The notes: generated by a model from the sequence alone, not told the origin. A stretch of DNA of 64,000 bases from an uncultured virus (IMG/VR IMGVR_UViG_3300044635_001663) (IMGVR_UViG_3300044635_001663:1-64000); one strand, 5' to 3'. Positions 1 to 9,405 are shown, numbered from the stretch's first letter. Program-made: numbers and translations.

Positions 1-272
1 GCTACGAGTATGACGATCTTGAAGATTTTTATGGTATCGATGCTGATGATCGTACTAATGACTACTGGGCTGGAGATGATGACCTGGAGAATGATTCTGA
101 TGATTCGTTTGATGATAGTATGGATGGTGATGCTGAGTCTGCGTTGGCTTCCGCTGGATGGGGAACCGACGAAGATTACGGTTACTATGGTGACGATGGA
201 ATAGAAGATTTCCACGCCGATGAGGCTGTGGGTTTTGTGGATTACAATGAAGATGGTCCGTATGACGATTGA
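1..272 (+). CDS. 5'-truncated, very acidic phage protein (..SMDGDAESALASAGWGTDEDYGYY..)
   Basis: Open frame from position 3 to TGA at 270-272, manually translated. D/E/Y-rich; not in the ORF track because the start lies outside the window. Confidence 0.75.
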   Translation, partial: YEYDDLEDFYGIDADDRTNDYWAGDDDLENDSDDSFDDSMDGDAESALASAGWGTDEDYGYYGDDGIEDFHADEAVGFVDYNEDGPYDD

Positions 273-280
273 GCACTCGC

Positions 281-362
281 CCTAAACCCTTTGTGCGTAA
301 GCACTTAGGGCTGGCGGGGCGGCACGAATTTGATCTAAGTCCTTATGCTACAATACTTTACG
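281..362. repeat. Paired 29-bp palindrome element, copy 1
   Basis: CCTAAACCCTT-N7-AAGCACTTAGG (281-309), 24-bp GC linker, TCTAAGTCCTT-N7-AATACTTTACG (334-362). Confidence 0.9.
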
Positions 363-1027
363 TCAACCTTACGAAATTGTAAGAAAACTTCCTGCTTGAC
401 ATCTAAAGTTTCTATGCTATACTTGTCGATATAAGAGATAGAGAAAGAGAGCGAATGATGAAAAGTGAAGAAGAAAAGCGTATCGAAGAGTATAACCGAT
501 TCATGGATGAATGGGAAAAGCGTCCTAAGAATCGTGATCTGTATGGCAATAATTGCTATCGCCCCGATGAGGTGGCGTTAACTGATGAAGAGTATGAGAT
601 GTTTGGCTAGGAGTATAAAAATGAGAAAGCTAACTCAGAGAGAAGTTGACGATCTAGAATTTGATGCTGGACTTATGGGTTTTCGAGTGGTCTACATTCC
701 GAAACCTCTCGACTGGAATCATTTCGTTCTGTATTATCTTCAACCAGAATTGACCTATGTTGGTCACTATCGTGGTTTGAATGAAGTCAAAATGGGTATG
801 CAAAAACACTACAGACCAGTAGAAACTAGGCTTGACAGCTAAGATTTTTGTGATAGAATGTCGATATAAGAAGAAGAGAAAAAGAGAATGAAAACGAAAA
901 AGAAAGTATTGACAGCACACCAGAAAGCAGTTATGCTTATGGATCGTGAGACGAATCGTGCAGTGAATCGTGTGAAGATGTTGGAACAGTTGTATCTTGA
1001 AACCATGAAAGCAAAGGAACTTGTTAA

Positions 1028-1258
1028 ATGAAGTGCGTTGTTACCCATACGGATACTTTTGGTGGCGAAGCTAACTATGGTTGGGTGAATCGATATGAGT
1101 TCATCCCAAAAAAGAATGCTTCTCAGCGTAGCGTTGTTCGTAAGGCTAAGGCTCTTGCTGGTATGACAGCTGTCAAGGCTGACACTCATGATTATGGTGA
1201 TGGCTATACTGTGAAGCCTCGCGGATATTCTCAAATCATCTTTGTTGATTTTGAGTAA
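1028..1258 (+). CDS. hypothetical phage protein
   Basis: ORF track; ends just before repeat copy 2. Confidence 0.6.
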   Translation: MKCVVTHTDTFGGEANYGWVNRYEFIPKKNASQRSVVRKAKALAGMTAVKADTHDYGDGYTVKPRGYSQIIFVDFE

Positions 1259-1278
1259 ACATTCTCCTATCCTCTCGT

Positions 1279-1360
1279 CGTAAACCCTTTGTGTTCAAGC
1301 ACTTAGGGCCGACGGGGCGGGCCGGGTTTGTTGTAAGTCCTTATCTGCCAACACTTTACG
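1279..1360. repeat. Paired palindrome element, copy 2
   Basis: Sites 1279-1307 and 1332-1360, offset 53 bp. Confidence 0.9.
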
Positions 1361-1456
1361 AGAATCCTTACAATCTCGTAAGATTCAAGTTTACCCCTTG
1401 CAATAGACGATAATAGATAGTAGAATACGATATAGAAGAAAGGCAAGGGTAAAGAC

Positions 1457-1720
1457 ATGAGTCCCGATGGAACATATAACGGTTATGCGAACTACCAAAC
1501 ATGGAATGTTTGCTTGTGGATTAGCAATGATGAAATGTTGAATGGTCTGGCTGATCAGTGCATCTCTTACGATCATTTCAAGCTTTTGCTTCGTGATGTT
1601 TTTGAGACTCATCCTGTGCGATATGAAACGCCCGATGGAGTCTCTTGGAATGATAGCGGTATCAACCTTGCGGAAATGAAAGAGTATTGGGAAGAAAATT
1701 TTTCTAAAGTTCCCGCTTGA
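1457..1720 (+). CDS. conserved-type small phage protein (YNGYANYQTWNVCLWISND motif)
   Basis: ORF with upstream promoter; N-terminal motif is typical of a widespread phage hypothetical family. Confidence 0.65.
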   Translation: MSPDGTYNGYANYQTWNVCLWISNDEMLNGLADQCISYDHFKLLLRDVFETHPVRYETPDGVSWNDSGINLAEMKEYWEENFSKVPA

Positions 1721-1790
1721 CAAATGACGATAATTAGTGTAGACTTGGCGTATGAATGGTGTGATTGGTTTTCTAACTGAAAGGGTTCTT

Positions 1791-2204
1791 ATGAACGATG
1801 TAGTTTTGTTTGGTTCGATTCTTGCGGCTGTTGCCGCTGCTGTTGTGGGTTTCGTCTTCTATTCGGTCTACGGTGGATCGAAGGCTAGCTTGGCGAATGC
1901 TCAAGAGGGTCAGGTTTTCAATTTTGAATATGAACAGCCTTTGCATGGGGAACCGAAGCGTTTCCTTGCTAAGGTGATTGAGCCTGTCTATACTCTGAGC
2001 GATTCATCTATCAAGGCTTTGAATCGCCGTAGTCGATATCGTAAGAATGACCCTGTGTTTCAGCGTACTAACCATCTGGTGACTTGCCAGACTCCTGACG
2101 GTAAGATTCGACAGTTCTATGCTGAGAGAGTGAAGAATTGCCGAAAGCCGTTGCTTGCTGGTGCTCTGTTCAAGAGCGGTGTGTCCAACCTGTTTGTGTT
2201 CTAA
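1791..2204 (+). CDS. membrane-anchored hypothetical protein
   Basis: N-terminal hydrophobic helix; promoter TTGACA(1717)-17-TAGACT upstream. Confidence 0.6.
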   Translation: MNDVVLFGSILAAVAAAVVGFVFYSVYGGSKASLANAQEGQVFNFEYEQPLHGEPKRFLAKVIEPVYTLSDSSIKALNRRSRYRKNDPVFQRTNHLVTCQTPDGKIRQFYAERVKNCRKPLLAGALFKSGVSNLFVF

Positions 2205-2238
2205 AAATAGGCAGTCTCTGCCTACTAACTGACCAACC

Positions 2239-2320
2239 CCTAAGTTGTTGCTACGGCAGCACTTAGGGCGAGGTCGGCCCGCCACGCGAGTCGTAAGTCT
2301 TTATCCCCCAACACTTTACG
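2239..2320. repeat. Paired palindrome element, copy 3
   Basis: Sites 2239-2267 and 2292-2320. Confidence 0.9.
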
Positions 2321-2349
2321 ACAATCTTTTTTTGCTCAAGTTTTTCCTC

Positions 2350-2378
2350 TTGACAGGCCGATAATAGTAGTGTAGAAT
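2350..2378 (+). promoter_or_regulatory. sigma70-like promoter with CGAT in spacer (representative)
   Basis: TTGACA-ggccgataatagtagtg-TAGAAT, 17-bp spacer, AGGAG RBS downstream. Confidence 0.8.
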
Positions 2379-2402
2379 ACAGAGAATCAAAAGGAGAAAA
2401 AG

Positions 2403-2666
2403 ATGCTGTTTACGCCATATGCTTTGACTGATTCTGTGACTCGTACTGTGAGTGATGAAAACATGGTTACTTTTAGTGGACTTTCCACTGGTGGTCGTGA
2501 GTTTTCCATAGTCACGCATCTTGATGATGCCAATCGTTGGATCAATGGAGAGTTGATTCAAGTTGCTTTCCCATATCTCAATGCTGATCAGCGTGAGGTT
2601 TTGAAGACAGGAATCGATAGTCAGAGTTGGGAAGAAATGTTTGCTGGATCGGAGGATGAAGAATGA
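2403..2666 (+). CDS. hypothetical phage protein
   Basis: AGGAG RBS; ORF track. Confidence 0.65.
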   Translation: MLFTPYALTDSVTRTVSDENMVTFSGLSTGGREFSIVTHLDDANRWINGELIQVAFPYLNADQREVLKTGIDSQSWEEMFAGSEDEE

Positions 2667-2801
2667 GTACCGATACCTATATAGTAATGAAGGGTAATAA
2701 GGTGGTAGGCTATGTTCAAGCGTACAGTACCTATCATGCTTTGTGTCAGGCTGAGAAACTTTATGGGAAGAATTTGCTGATCGAGCGAATCTCTCATAGT
2801 T

Positions 2802-2847
2802 GTCCCACCTAACCCTAGCGGGTCGGGCTGAGTGGGTATAGTCAGCC
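2802..2847. repeat. 46-bp bipartite repeat, copy A
   Basis: GTCCCACCTAA-N28-GTCAGCC. Confidence 0.75.
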
Positions 2848-3113
2848 AATAGTCGGGGCTTGACAAAGAGTCTTTAATAGAGTATATTGAGCAGAAAAGG
2901 GGAGTTTTATGTTGACAGATGACGAGCGTATGGCTGTTTGTGATTGTGTGGCCGATTTTTCTGTTCGTCTGTTTAGTGCTGCTAGGGTTGATGAGCGGGC
3001 TATACATGATGAGTTGGATATTTTCTTTGAGTTCTTTTGTAGGGCTCTTGAGATTGCCAAGAGTGAAGGTGCGGTTAGGGTTCGTGAGTCTATTGGGGCT
3101 AGTAATAACTAAT

Positions 3114-3195
3114 CGTAAGTCCTTATCCTTAAACAACTTAGGGATAGGGCGGGCGGCCGAACTTGATGTAAGTGCTTGTGTATCATAGGGTTACG
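3114..3195. repeat. Paired palindrome element, copy 4
   Basis: Sites 3114-3142 and 3167-3195. Confidence 0.9.
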
Positions 3196-3234
3196 TCAAT
3201 GCTAAAAAATTTTTGGAATTCCTACAGAAGCCTC

Positions 3235-3263
3235 TTGACAAGTGACGATAATAGATGTATACT
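3235..3263 (+). promoter_or_regulatory. sigma70-like promoter upstream of the non-coding RNA block
   Basis: TTGACA-agtgacgataatagatg-TATACT. Confidence 0.8.
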
Positions 3264-3271
3264 TAGCACAT

Positions 3272-3835
3272 AAGCAGATGAGGGCCGCTGGCAGAATGAT
3301 ATCAAAGTAGCCACGGTTAAATGGCTGTCGAGTATGGCTCAACCCTATCTGCTTTACAATACAAAACTCGTGGGTCCATGCCTTGGACTAGGTTGGGTAA
3401 CTCATTACGATAAGCATCGCATGTCGCGGCAGCGATGATGCTGACGGTGCCGGTTACGCACTGGATAGTAGTGCCAATCTATGGGGGATCGCGTCCTCAC
3501 CACGTTATAATACAATCAGTAATCGTTCCCAAGAGCCAGACAGATTGCTTCATGAACAATCTCAGGGAGGTTTCCGTGGACGGTTTCCACTAGTGTTTAC
3601 CTGGCCCAAGGGTTAAAAATATCGGGTATTAGTGGAGTATAGAACCGGAGTCGTAAATGGTTCGCTGATTACAAACAGGGGTCGGATAGAAACCAAGTTT
3701 ACTGGCTGGGTTGGATAATGCGTGATACCGGACATTATTCGTAAAACTATCGCTGGATGTAACTCAAATGGCAGAGTTCCACACTATATGTGGCGGTGTT
3801 GCGGGTTCGAGTCCCGTCATCTGGTAAGTCGATCC
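3272..3835 (+). ncRNA. putative multi-domain structured ncRNA block
   Basis: No ORF of 60 aa or more; four segments each closed by a long-range stem and separated by A-rich linkers. Confidence 0.55.
3753..3825 (+). tRNA. degenerate tRNA-like element (anticodon arm CCACA-CTATA-TGTGG)
   Basis: Acceptor CTGGATG/CATCTGG, D-arm ACTC/GAGT, T-arm GCGGG-TTCGAGT-CCCGT; non-canonical anticodon loop. Confidence 0.6.
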
Positions 3836-4527
3836 ATTAACAGCCGGTATAATAATACAAAGGAGAAAGATGAATAAAAACGAGGCGATAATTAAGGTTC
3901 TTAGGGTTTTAAGGAGCCAATCGGCTGCTGTAAATAAACCCAATCGAGAAGAGGCATTGACTTTAGCAGAAGAGCATGGTATAACTGCTAAGGAGTTGAT
4001 TGACGCTTGGGTTGAAATTTGTAGGAATATATGATCTACTTAAATATTAACGAGATCGAACGTTTGGCCGAAATTGTGGCTGAACTGGTTAAGCTGGATA
4101 TGTGTGTGATTGCTGAGTTGAAGGGGACTAGGTGGAGTATTGAGGTAACTAAATAATGGAATGGATTAGTTTTTTTGAACGACAGCCAGAAGACGGACAG
4201 GGTATTTGGTATTATGGTGAACATATTGGTGTGTGGGCTGGAGAGTATTCTTATTCTCCGAATGACCCTTTTAGTCCTCATCTTATATTTTGTCATGAAT
4301 CTCCCGGTCTGGTTGACCGAATGGATGCTCCGTGGTGGATGCTAGATGATGGAGTGATGAACAGGCCAATTAAACCGGCAAAAGATTATCCAGACGATTA
4401 TCCTAGTGGTTGAGATTATGAAAACTTTTAGTGATATGTGTGATTGTGGCAACTGTAATGAAAGTATGTATACTGTTGATAAGTATGGTCTTGTTTGGAG
4501 TTTATGCGGAGATTGTGGTTGGTGGTA

Positions 4528-4609
4528 CATAAGTTACCGCTACATAACGACTTAGAGCAAATCGGGCGGGCCGGTTTCGACGTAAGTCCTTACCACTAAA
4601 GACTTTACG
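4528..4609. repeat. Paired palindrome element, copy 5
   Basis: Sites 4528-4556 and 4581-4609. Confidence 0.9.
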
Positions 4610-4929
4610 ATTAGCAATATTTTTTCAAGATTCCCTCTTGACTTGTCGATAATAGTAGTGTAAGATACTAGCAACACGAAAGGGAAAATGATGACTGTTG
4701 CTGAATTGATCGAAGAACTGAACAAGCTGCCCCAAGATATGCTTGTGCTTGTGCCGGGTTATGAGGGTGGATACGACAATATCGAAGTTCAGAGGAATGG
4801 GGCTGTTGTTCTGGACGATAATTGGGATGGACAAGAAAAGTTTTATTGGTATAATGGGCGACACGCCTCATACTACAAGGATATGGAAGGCGACGAGCCT
4901 ACGTCATGCGTTGTTATCGGGAGAGGTAA

Positions 4930-5439
4930 ATGAAAACGGTCGAAAAACACGCCGAAGTACGATTCCATCTGCTCAATGGGCAGAATTATCGGAAGTGGCA
5001 AGTAAATATTATGCAGGGTAAGAAAAGGGTTGACCAATTTTATGTAGATCCTACAGAATACCAGTTAGAGATGCGTGGTTGCAAGCTGGTAAACAAAGTA
5101 GCTAGGGCGAAATGGGTCAACAAGAAACAGAAAAAGAATGTGAGTGGATGGGTTCAGTGTGAAGAAGTTATGCTTCGCAAGGATTTTTATCCATCTTTGC
5201 CTATTGACAATCTTGAGAAGTTGTATTATAATCCCATTCGTGATGTTCACTGGCGACGAGAGAGTGATGGTGGTGAATTTGTTTGGGATAACAGTGAGTA
5301 TGACACCTTAGTTACCGATGGGCGACAGGTTCATATTCTGGAAGAACGTAACGGAAATTTTGACGGTATTTACGAGATAGACCCTAAGTATACAGAAAGT
5401 TTTGGAATTTATGATCAAAATCGAACTGAGCGTGCGTGA
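4930..5439 (+). CDS. hypothetical phage protein
   Basis: GAGG RBS; ORF track. Confidence 0.65.
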   Translation: MKTVEKHAEVRFHLLNGQNYRKWQVNIMQGKKRVDQFYVDPTEYQLEMRGCKLVNKVARAKWVNKKQKKNVSGWVQCEEVMLRKDFYPSLPIDNLEKLYYNPIRDVHWRRESDGGEFVWDNSEYDTLVTDGRQVHILEERNGNFDGIYEIDPKYTESFGIYDQNRTERA

Positions 5440-5785
5440 GTCCCTGAACATGATTGCAAACGGTTGCAGTCTTGATATGTTCGACAAGATTGTGTGTGCG
5501 TTGGAAGTGGCACTGGGTGTGAACCAGCGTCGTATGGTAACGATTACCGGAGGTCTGACTCTGGACAATCGTATCCATTCCATCAAGGCTATTCGGCTTC
5601 ATACCGGATGGGGCTTGAAGGAAGCCAAGGATTGGAGTGACTATCTGGTTGGTGGCTGGCATTACGACAAGTTCGTTCCTGCCAAGTCCGGGGCCAAGCA
5701 GAGTATCACTCTGAAAACACCCGAAGCGGCAGAGGCACTGCTGCGTGATCTGGTGGGTTTGGGTTGTGAGGGTTATCTCTCATGA
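5411..5785 (+). CDS. protein with ribosomal protein L7/L12 C-terminal-like domain
   Basis: IKAIRLHTGWGLKEAKDW resembles the bL12 CTD motif IKxVRxxTGLGLKEAKD. Confidence 0.65.
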   Translation: MIKIELSVRESLNMIANGCSLDMFDKIVCALEVALGVNQRRMVTITGGLTLDNRIHSIKAIRLHTGWGLKEAKDWSDYLVGGWHYDKFVPAKSGAKQSITLKTPEAAEALLRDLVGLGCEGYLS

Positions 5786-5867
5786 CCTAAAGCCTTGTCC
5801 CTAAAGAACTTAGGACGAGGCGGGGCGGCCGAATTTGACGTAAGTCCTTGCTACCAAACAGCTTAGG
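5786..5867. repeat. Paired palindrome element, copy 6
   Basis: Sites 5786-5814 and 5839-5867; begins immediately after a stop codon. Confidence 0.9.
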
Positions 5868-6070
5868 ACAAAATCAAAAATCTTTGAGAGACACTCAAGT
5901 TCGCCCTTGACAATGACGATACTATACTGTAGAATGAGAGTATCACAAGTCAAGACTCCTCGATGATGCCAACAAGAAAAACCATCACGACGGACTTGAC
6001 AAGTGGGTAACAGTAACGTATACTGGTACTAGAACGATTTGGAAACTATAACAATTTTGGAGAAGATAAG

Positions 6071-6328
6071 ATGAAGAAGTTTACTTTTGCTGTTGACGTT
6101 GTGGCTGATGAGCTTGATCGTGATTCTGTGGTTGATTCGATTCGTGATTGCCTGAGTACCAGCCTTCCCGGCGATGTTCATGCTAATGTCAAGGCCGGTG
6201 AGGTCAAGGCGTTCAGTGAGCAGGGATATAAGGTGTGGCGAGCTAGGGTTACGGGTGTTACTGCCGAGCAGGCCGGTGATGCCCATGATGGTAAGGTAGA
6301 AAAGGAAGCTACCGAAGCGGTTGCATGA
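6071..6328 (+). CDS. hypothetical protein
   Basis: GGAG RBS; ORF track. Confidence 0.65.
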   Translation: MKKFTFAVDVVADELDRDSVVDSIRDCLSTSLPGDVHANVKAGEVKAFSEQGYKVWRARVTGVTAEQAGDAHDGKVEKEATEAVA

Positions 6329-6350
6329 TCGACCGTAAGGAGTTATAATG

Positions 6351-6388
6351 GCTGCGAGCCTCCACGGGACGCCGTGGGGGCTTGCGGT
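6351..6388 (+). other. 17-bp GC-rich hairpin before the tRNA pair
   Basis: GCTGCGAGCCTCCACGG-GACG-CCGTGGGGGCTTGCGGT. Confidence 0.6.
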
Positions 6389-6394
6389 ATTGAC

Positions 6395-6466
6395 GGCCCC
6401 ATAGTTAAATGGATATAATAAGTGACTTCTAATCTCTAGTTGCAGGTTCGATTCCTGCTGGGGCTA
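6395..6466 (+). tRNA. tRNA-Arg(TCT)
   Basis: Cloverleaf; anticodon loop CTTCTAA; GGTTCGATTCC T-arm. Confidence 0.85.
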
Positions 6467-6471
6467 TTGTT

Positions 6472-6545
6472 GGGGGTGTAGATCAATTGGTTAGATCGCT
6501 AGCTTGTCACGCTAGAGGTTGCGGGTTCGAGTCCCGTCACTCTCG
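6472..6545 (+). tRNA. tRNA-Asp(GTC)
   Basis: CTAGC-TTGTCAC-GCTAG anticodon arm. Confidence 0.9.
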
Positions 6546-6550
6546 TTTGT

Positions 6551-6632
6551 CGTAAACCCTTTGAGCATAAGCACTTAGGGCAGGCCCGGCCGCCCCGGTT
6601 CATCGTAAGTCCTTATACCACAACAACTTGCA
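6551..6632. repeat. Paired palindrome element, copy 7
   Basis: Sites 6551-6579 and 6604-6632, directly after tRNA-Asp. Confidence 0.9.
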
Positions 6633-6710
6633 TCAAGAATAATTTTTTGAAGTTTTTAGCTTGACTATGCCGATACTATAGTGTAGAATCGGTAGACACA
6701 GGAGAAGAAC

Positions 6711-7415
6711 ATGAAAACTGCTGACGGTAATGATAAGTTGGGTAAGGGTTGCATTGTGGTTAGTCGTCCGGTTGGCGATACTTGCCCGCCCGATTGCGAC
6801 TATCTCGGAAACGGCTGCTATGCCGAAGCTACTGAAAATCAGTATAAAAATGCCCGTACTGCCGGTTTTGCTAATGTCATAACGGAAAAGAATAAAATCC
6901 GTGCTATGATTCTGGAAGCAAAACGTCGTGAGAAGTCTATTCGCTGGCATGAGCGTGGCGACTGGTTTCTCAATGGCGAACTTGACCTAGACTATGTTGC
7001 TAATGTAACGTGGGCTTGTGAGAGTATTCTTGCCGATGGTGATACGTTGCCCGATATGTGGTTTTATACTCATATCTACGATTCTCGGCTTGTGAGTCTG
7101 GAAAAGTATATGAATGTGTACGCTAGTGTGCATGACGATAACGATATGGGCGAAGCACTGGCACAGGGGTTCAAGCTGTTCGCATGGTGTGACAGCGACA
7201 TGAAGATTGCTCCGAAGCGTCCTAAGAGCAAAGCAAAAGCCGAAGCATGGCGACAAGCACTGCCGAAGCTGGTGGTTCTCAATGCCACAAAGTTTGTGGT
7301 ATGTCCAGAAATCCGTCGTGGTAGGTCAGAAATCACTTGCACCGGCACTAAAGATAGTATATCATGTGACTTGTGTGTTCGTGGTTTGGCTAATGTCTTG
7401 TTTCCAGCCCATTGA
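6711..7415 (+). CDS. Gp88-like Cys-rich phage protein
   Basis: TCPxxC..CYA, IRWHERGDW, WFYTH and C-terminal CxxC motifs resemble the phage Gp88-like family. Confidence 0.55.
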   Translation: MKTADGNDKLGKGCIVVSRPVGDTCPPDCDYLGNGCYAEATENQYKNARTAGFANVITEKNKIRAMILEAKRREKSIRWHERGDWFLNGELDLDYVANVTWACESILADGDTLPDMWFYTHIYDSRLVSLEKYMNVYASVHDDNDMGEALAQGFKLFAWCDSDMKIAPKRPKSKAKAEAWRQALPKLVVLNATKFVVCPEIRRGRSEITCTGTKDSISCDLCVRGLANVLFPAH

Positions 7416-7426
7416 AAGGAATAAAA

Positions 7427-7996
7427 ATGAGCTACGTTGGATTGTATGATGATGCAGGAAGTAAAAATGCTTTCTATATTGTCAAAGATAAAAAGATTGG
7501 CCGGAAGCGCGTGGGCTTCAAAGAGTTTGAGAACGAACAAGAGGCACAGTTTGCCCATCGTGTTCAGTCTCATTTGGCACAGTTTGATTTGGCCCCTATG
7601 GTATATGGGGATGTTGGTTTTATTCGTAGGCATGATGGTGAAATGACTTGTTATGGTTATTTGACCGAAGTTGCTCGGCCTATGCCAGAATGTCATGATG
7701 ACGAATATTGTGATGGTGAATGTTTTCAGAGTTGCTGTAAGAATGGTATCGCTATCATGCAAGTGGTGTCTTATTTGAGCGAATATGGTTTGGATTATAA
7801 CGATGCCCATAGGGGTAACTTTGGTTTTGTTCGACGCAAAGGATACTGGATTCCAGTTGTAATTGACGTAGGTATTGAGAGTTTTAGCGATTGGGATGAA
7901 AATATTTATGGACAGTTTGATTATGCTGCTGACGAGTTTGATGAATACGGGCGATGTAATTGTGTTCAATGCAAAAAGTTCCGAGAGGAAGAATAA
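7427..7996 (+). CDS. small protein-kinase-like (PKL fold) protein
   Basis: FKEF lysine, LAPMVY, DAHRGN catalytic loop, VIDVG (DFG-equivalent); paralog at 48587. Confidence 0.6.
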   Translation: MSYVGLYDDAGSKNAFYIVKDKKIGRKRVGFKEFENEQEAQFAHRVQSHLAQFDLAPMVYGDVGFIRRHDGEMTCYGYLTEVARPMPECHDDEYCDGECFQSCCKNGIAIMQVVSYLSEYGLDYNDAHRGNFGFVRRKGYWIPVVIDVGIESFSDWDENIYGQFDYAADEFDEYGRCNCVQCKKFREEE

Positions 7997-8233
7997 TGAG
8001 CAAATACTATATCAAATGTGGGACACTAGAACTAATTTATTCCTGCAATAAATGTCCACGGGATGCTGCGATGGATGCTATATGGGAAACAAATGAAAAT
8101 GATACACTAGATGAGCATATCTATCTTGATGAACGTGGATATAAAGACTATACAAATGCTGATGGATTAACTTGCGTATTACATACTAGCCATATTCTAA
8201 AAGATGCCGGATGGACTTTAGAGTAAGACTAGC

Positions 8234-8315
8234 CGCAAACCCTTACTGCGACAGCACTTAGGGCGAGCGTGGCCGCCCGGCTTTGACGTAAGTCCTTATC
8301 CCACAACGCTTTAGA
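8234..8315. repeat. Paired palindrome element, copy 8
   Basis: Sites 8234-8262 and 8287-8315. Confidence 0.9.
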
Positions 8316-8815
8316 GCAAATCTAAAAATCTTCTAAAGTTTCTACGCTGGATTGGTCGATAATGTAGATATGAGAACGAGACGAGAATCAACAAGGGGTG
8401 AGAGAATGATCCAGTGGGTTGGGATTGTGATTACGATTTTAGGTTTGGCATATACGGGAATCAAGGACTACCAGAAAGGGGACATAAAATTTCCCAAGAT
8501 GCCTCAAAAACAGGTCTTGACAAAGGTAGTTTATCCGATACAATACTGTCTGATGGCTTACGACCCTAACATTGATAGAATTTTTTACCTACACGAAAAT
8601 GGAATCTGGTATGATTACCCTCCACAACAACGACGATATTCGACCACGCCGCAACCATATCAAGCTCAAGGTCAGGCCGCAGTGGCAAGTCCCTACGGGA
8701 CACAAGGAGCATCGGTATACCGTTATGGACAATCGCCCCAAGCGTCAACGAACCCGATCCGCTGAAAATCGCAGGGCTTGCGACAACGGAGACTATTGAG
8801 TATAATAGTAGGATT

Positions 8816-8888
8816 GCCGATGTAACTCAGTTGGTAGAGTAGCAGTTTTGTAAACTGCCTGTCATCAGTTCGATTCTGATCATCGGCT
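8816..8888 (+). tRNA. tRNA-Thr(TGT)
   Basis: GCAGT-TTTGTAA-ACTGC. Confidence 0.9.
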
Positions 8889-8889
8889 C

Positions 8890-8960
8890 TCCGGGATGGT
8901 GAAACGGTATCACAAAGGATTTTGGTTCCTTTTTTCTACGTTCGAATCGTAGTCCCGGAA
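8890..8960 (+). tRNA. tRNA-Gln(TTG)
   Basis: AAGGA-TTTTGGT-TCCTT. Confidence 0.85.
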
Positions 8961-8965
8961 TTTAT

Positions 8966-9037
8966 TGGCTCGTAGCTCAATGGTCGAGCTGGCGGCTGTT
9001 AACCGCCCGGTTGTAGGTTCGAGTCCTACCGAGCCAG
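8966..9037 (+). tRNA. tRNA-Asn(GTT)
   Basis: GGCGG-CTGTTAA-CCGCC. Confidence 0.9.
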
Positions 9038-9039
9038 TT

Positions 9040-9126
9040 GGAATCTTGGCCGAGTGGTTTAAGGCAGCGGTTTACTAAACCGCCGAGGGTTAAAATCCTC
9101 CGTGGGTTCGAATCCCTCAGATTCCG
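9040..9126 (+). tRNA. tRNA-Ser(ACT), long variable arm
   Basis: GCGGT-TTACTAA-ACCGC; long variable arm GAGG..CCTC; G discriminator. Confidence 0.85.
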
Positions 9127-9177
9127 CTAAAGATTCTCTTGACAACAGACGATAACTATGGTATGATCAAACAACAC

Positions 9178-9253
9178 GGGGCGTAAGGTAAGCCGGTTGC
9201 ATCCGACACTCTTATAAGGTGTTCATAGGTCTGTTCGACTCAGACACGCCCTA
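9178..9253 (+). tRNA. tRNA-Ile(TAT), atypical D-arm
   Basis: ACACT-CTTATAA-GGTGT; T-arm GTCTG-TTCGACT-CAGAC; acceptor GGGGCGT/ACGCCCT. Confidence 0.75.
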
Positions 9254-9284
9254 TTCGGAGGCTGACGATTGAGTTACGATGGCT

Positions 9285-9356
9285 GGCCCTATAGTCTAAC
9301 GGCTAGGACGACAGCCTTTCACGCTGTAGATTGGAGTTCGATTCTCCATAGGGTCA
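9285..9356 (+). tRNA. tRNA-Glu(TTC)
   Basis: ACAGC-CTTTCAC-GCTGT. Confidence 0.9.
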
Positions 9357-9359
9357 TTA

Positions 9360-9405
9360 GTTTCTGCTAATCCTTCGGATTTGGAAGTTTTGGGAGTAGT
9401 CAGCC
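9360..9405. repeat. 46-bp bipartite repeat, copy B
   Basis: GTTTCTGCTAA-N28-GTCAGCC with internal AATCC-TTC-GGATT. Confidence 0.65.

Noticed and set aside
10..204. Met-rich 64-aa ORF
   Set aside because: Out-of-frame reading of the GAT-rich codons of the real acidic gene ending at 272.
7076..7969. 297-aa minus-strand ORF and similar antisense ORFs over rIIA, rIIB and the ligase
   Set aside because: They mirror well-supported + strand genes and have I/F/S-biased composition without motifs.
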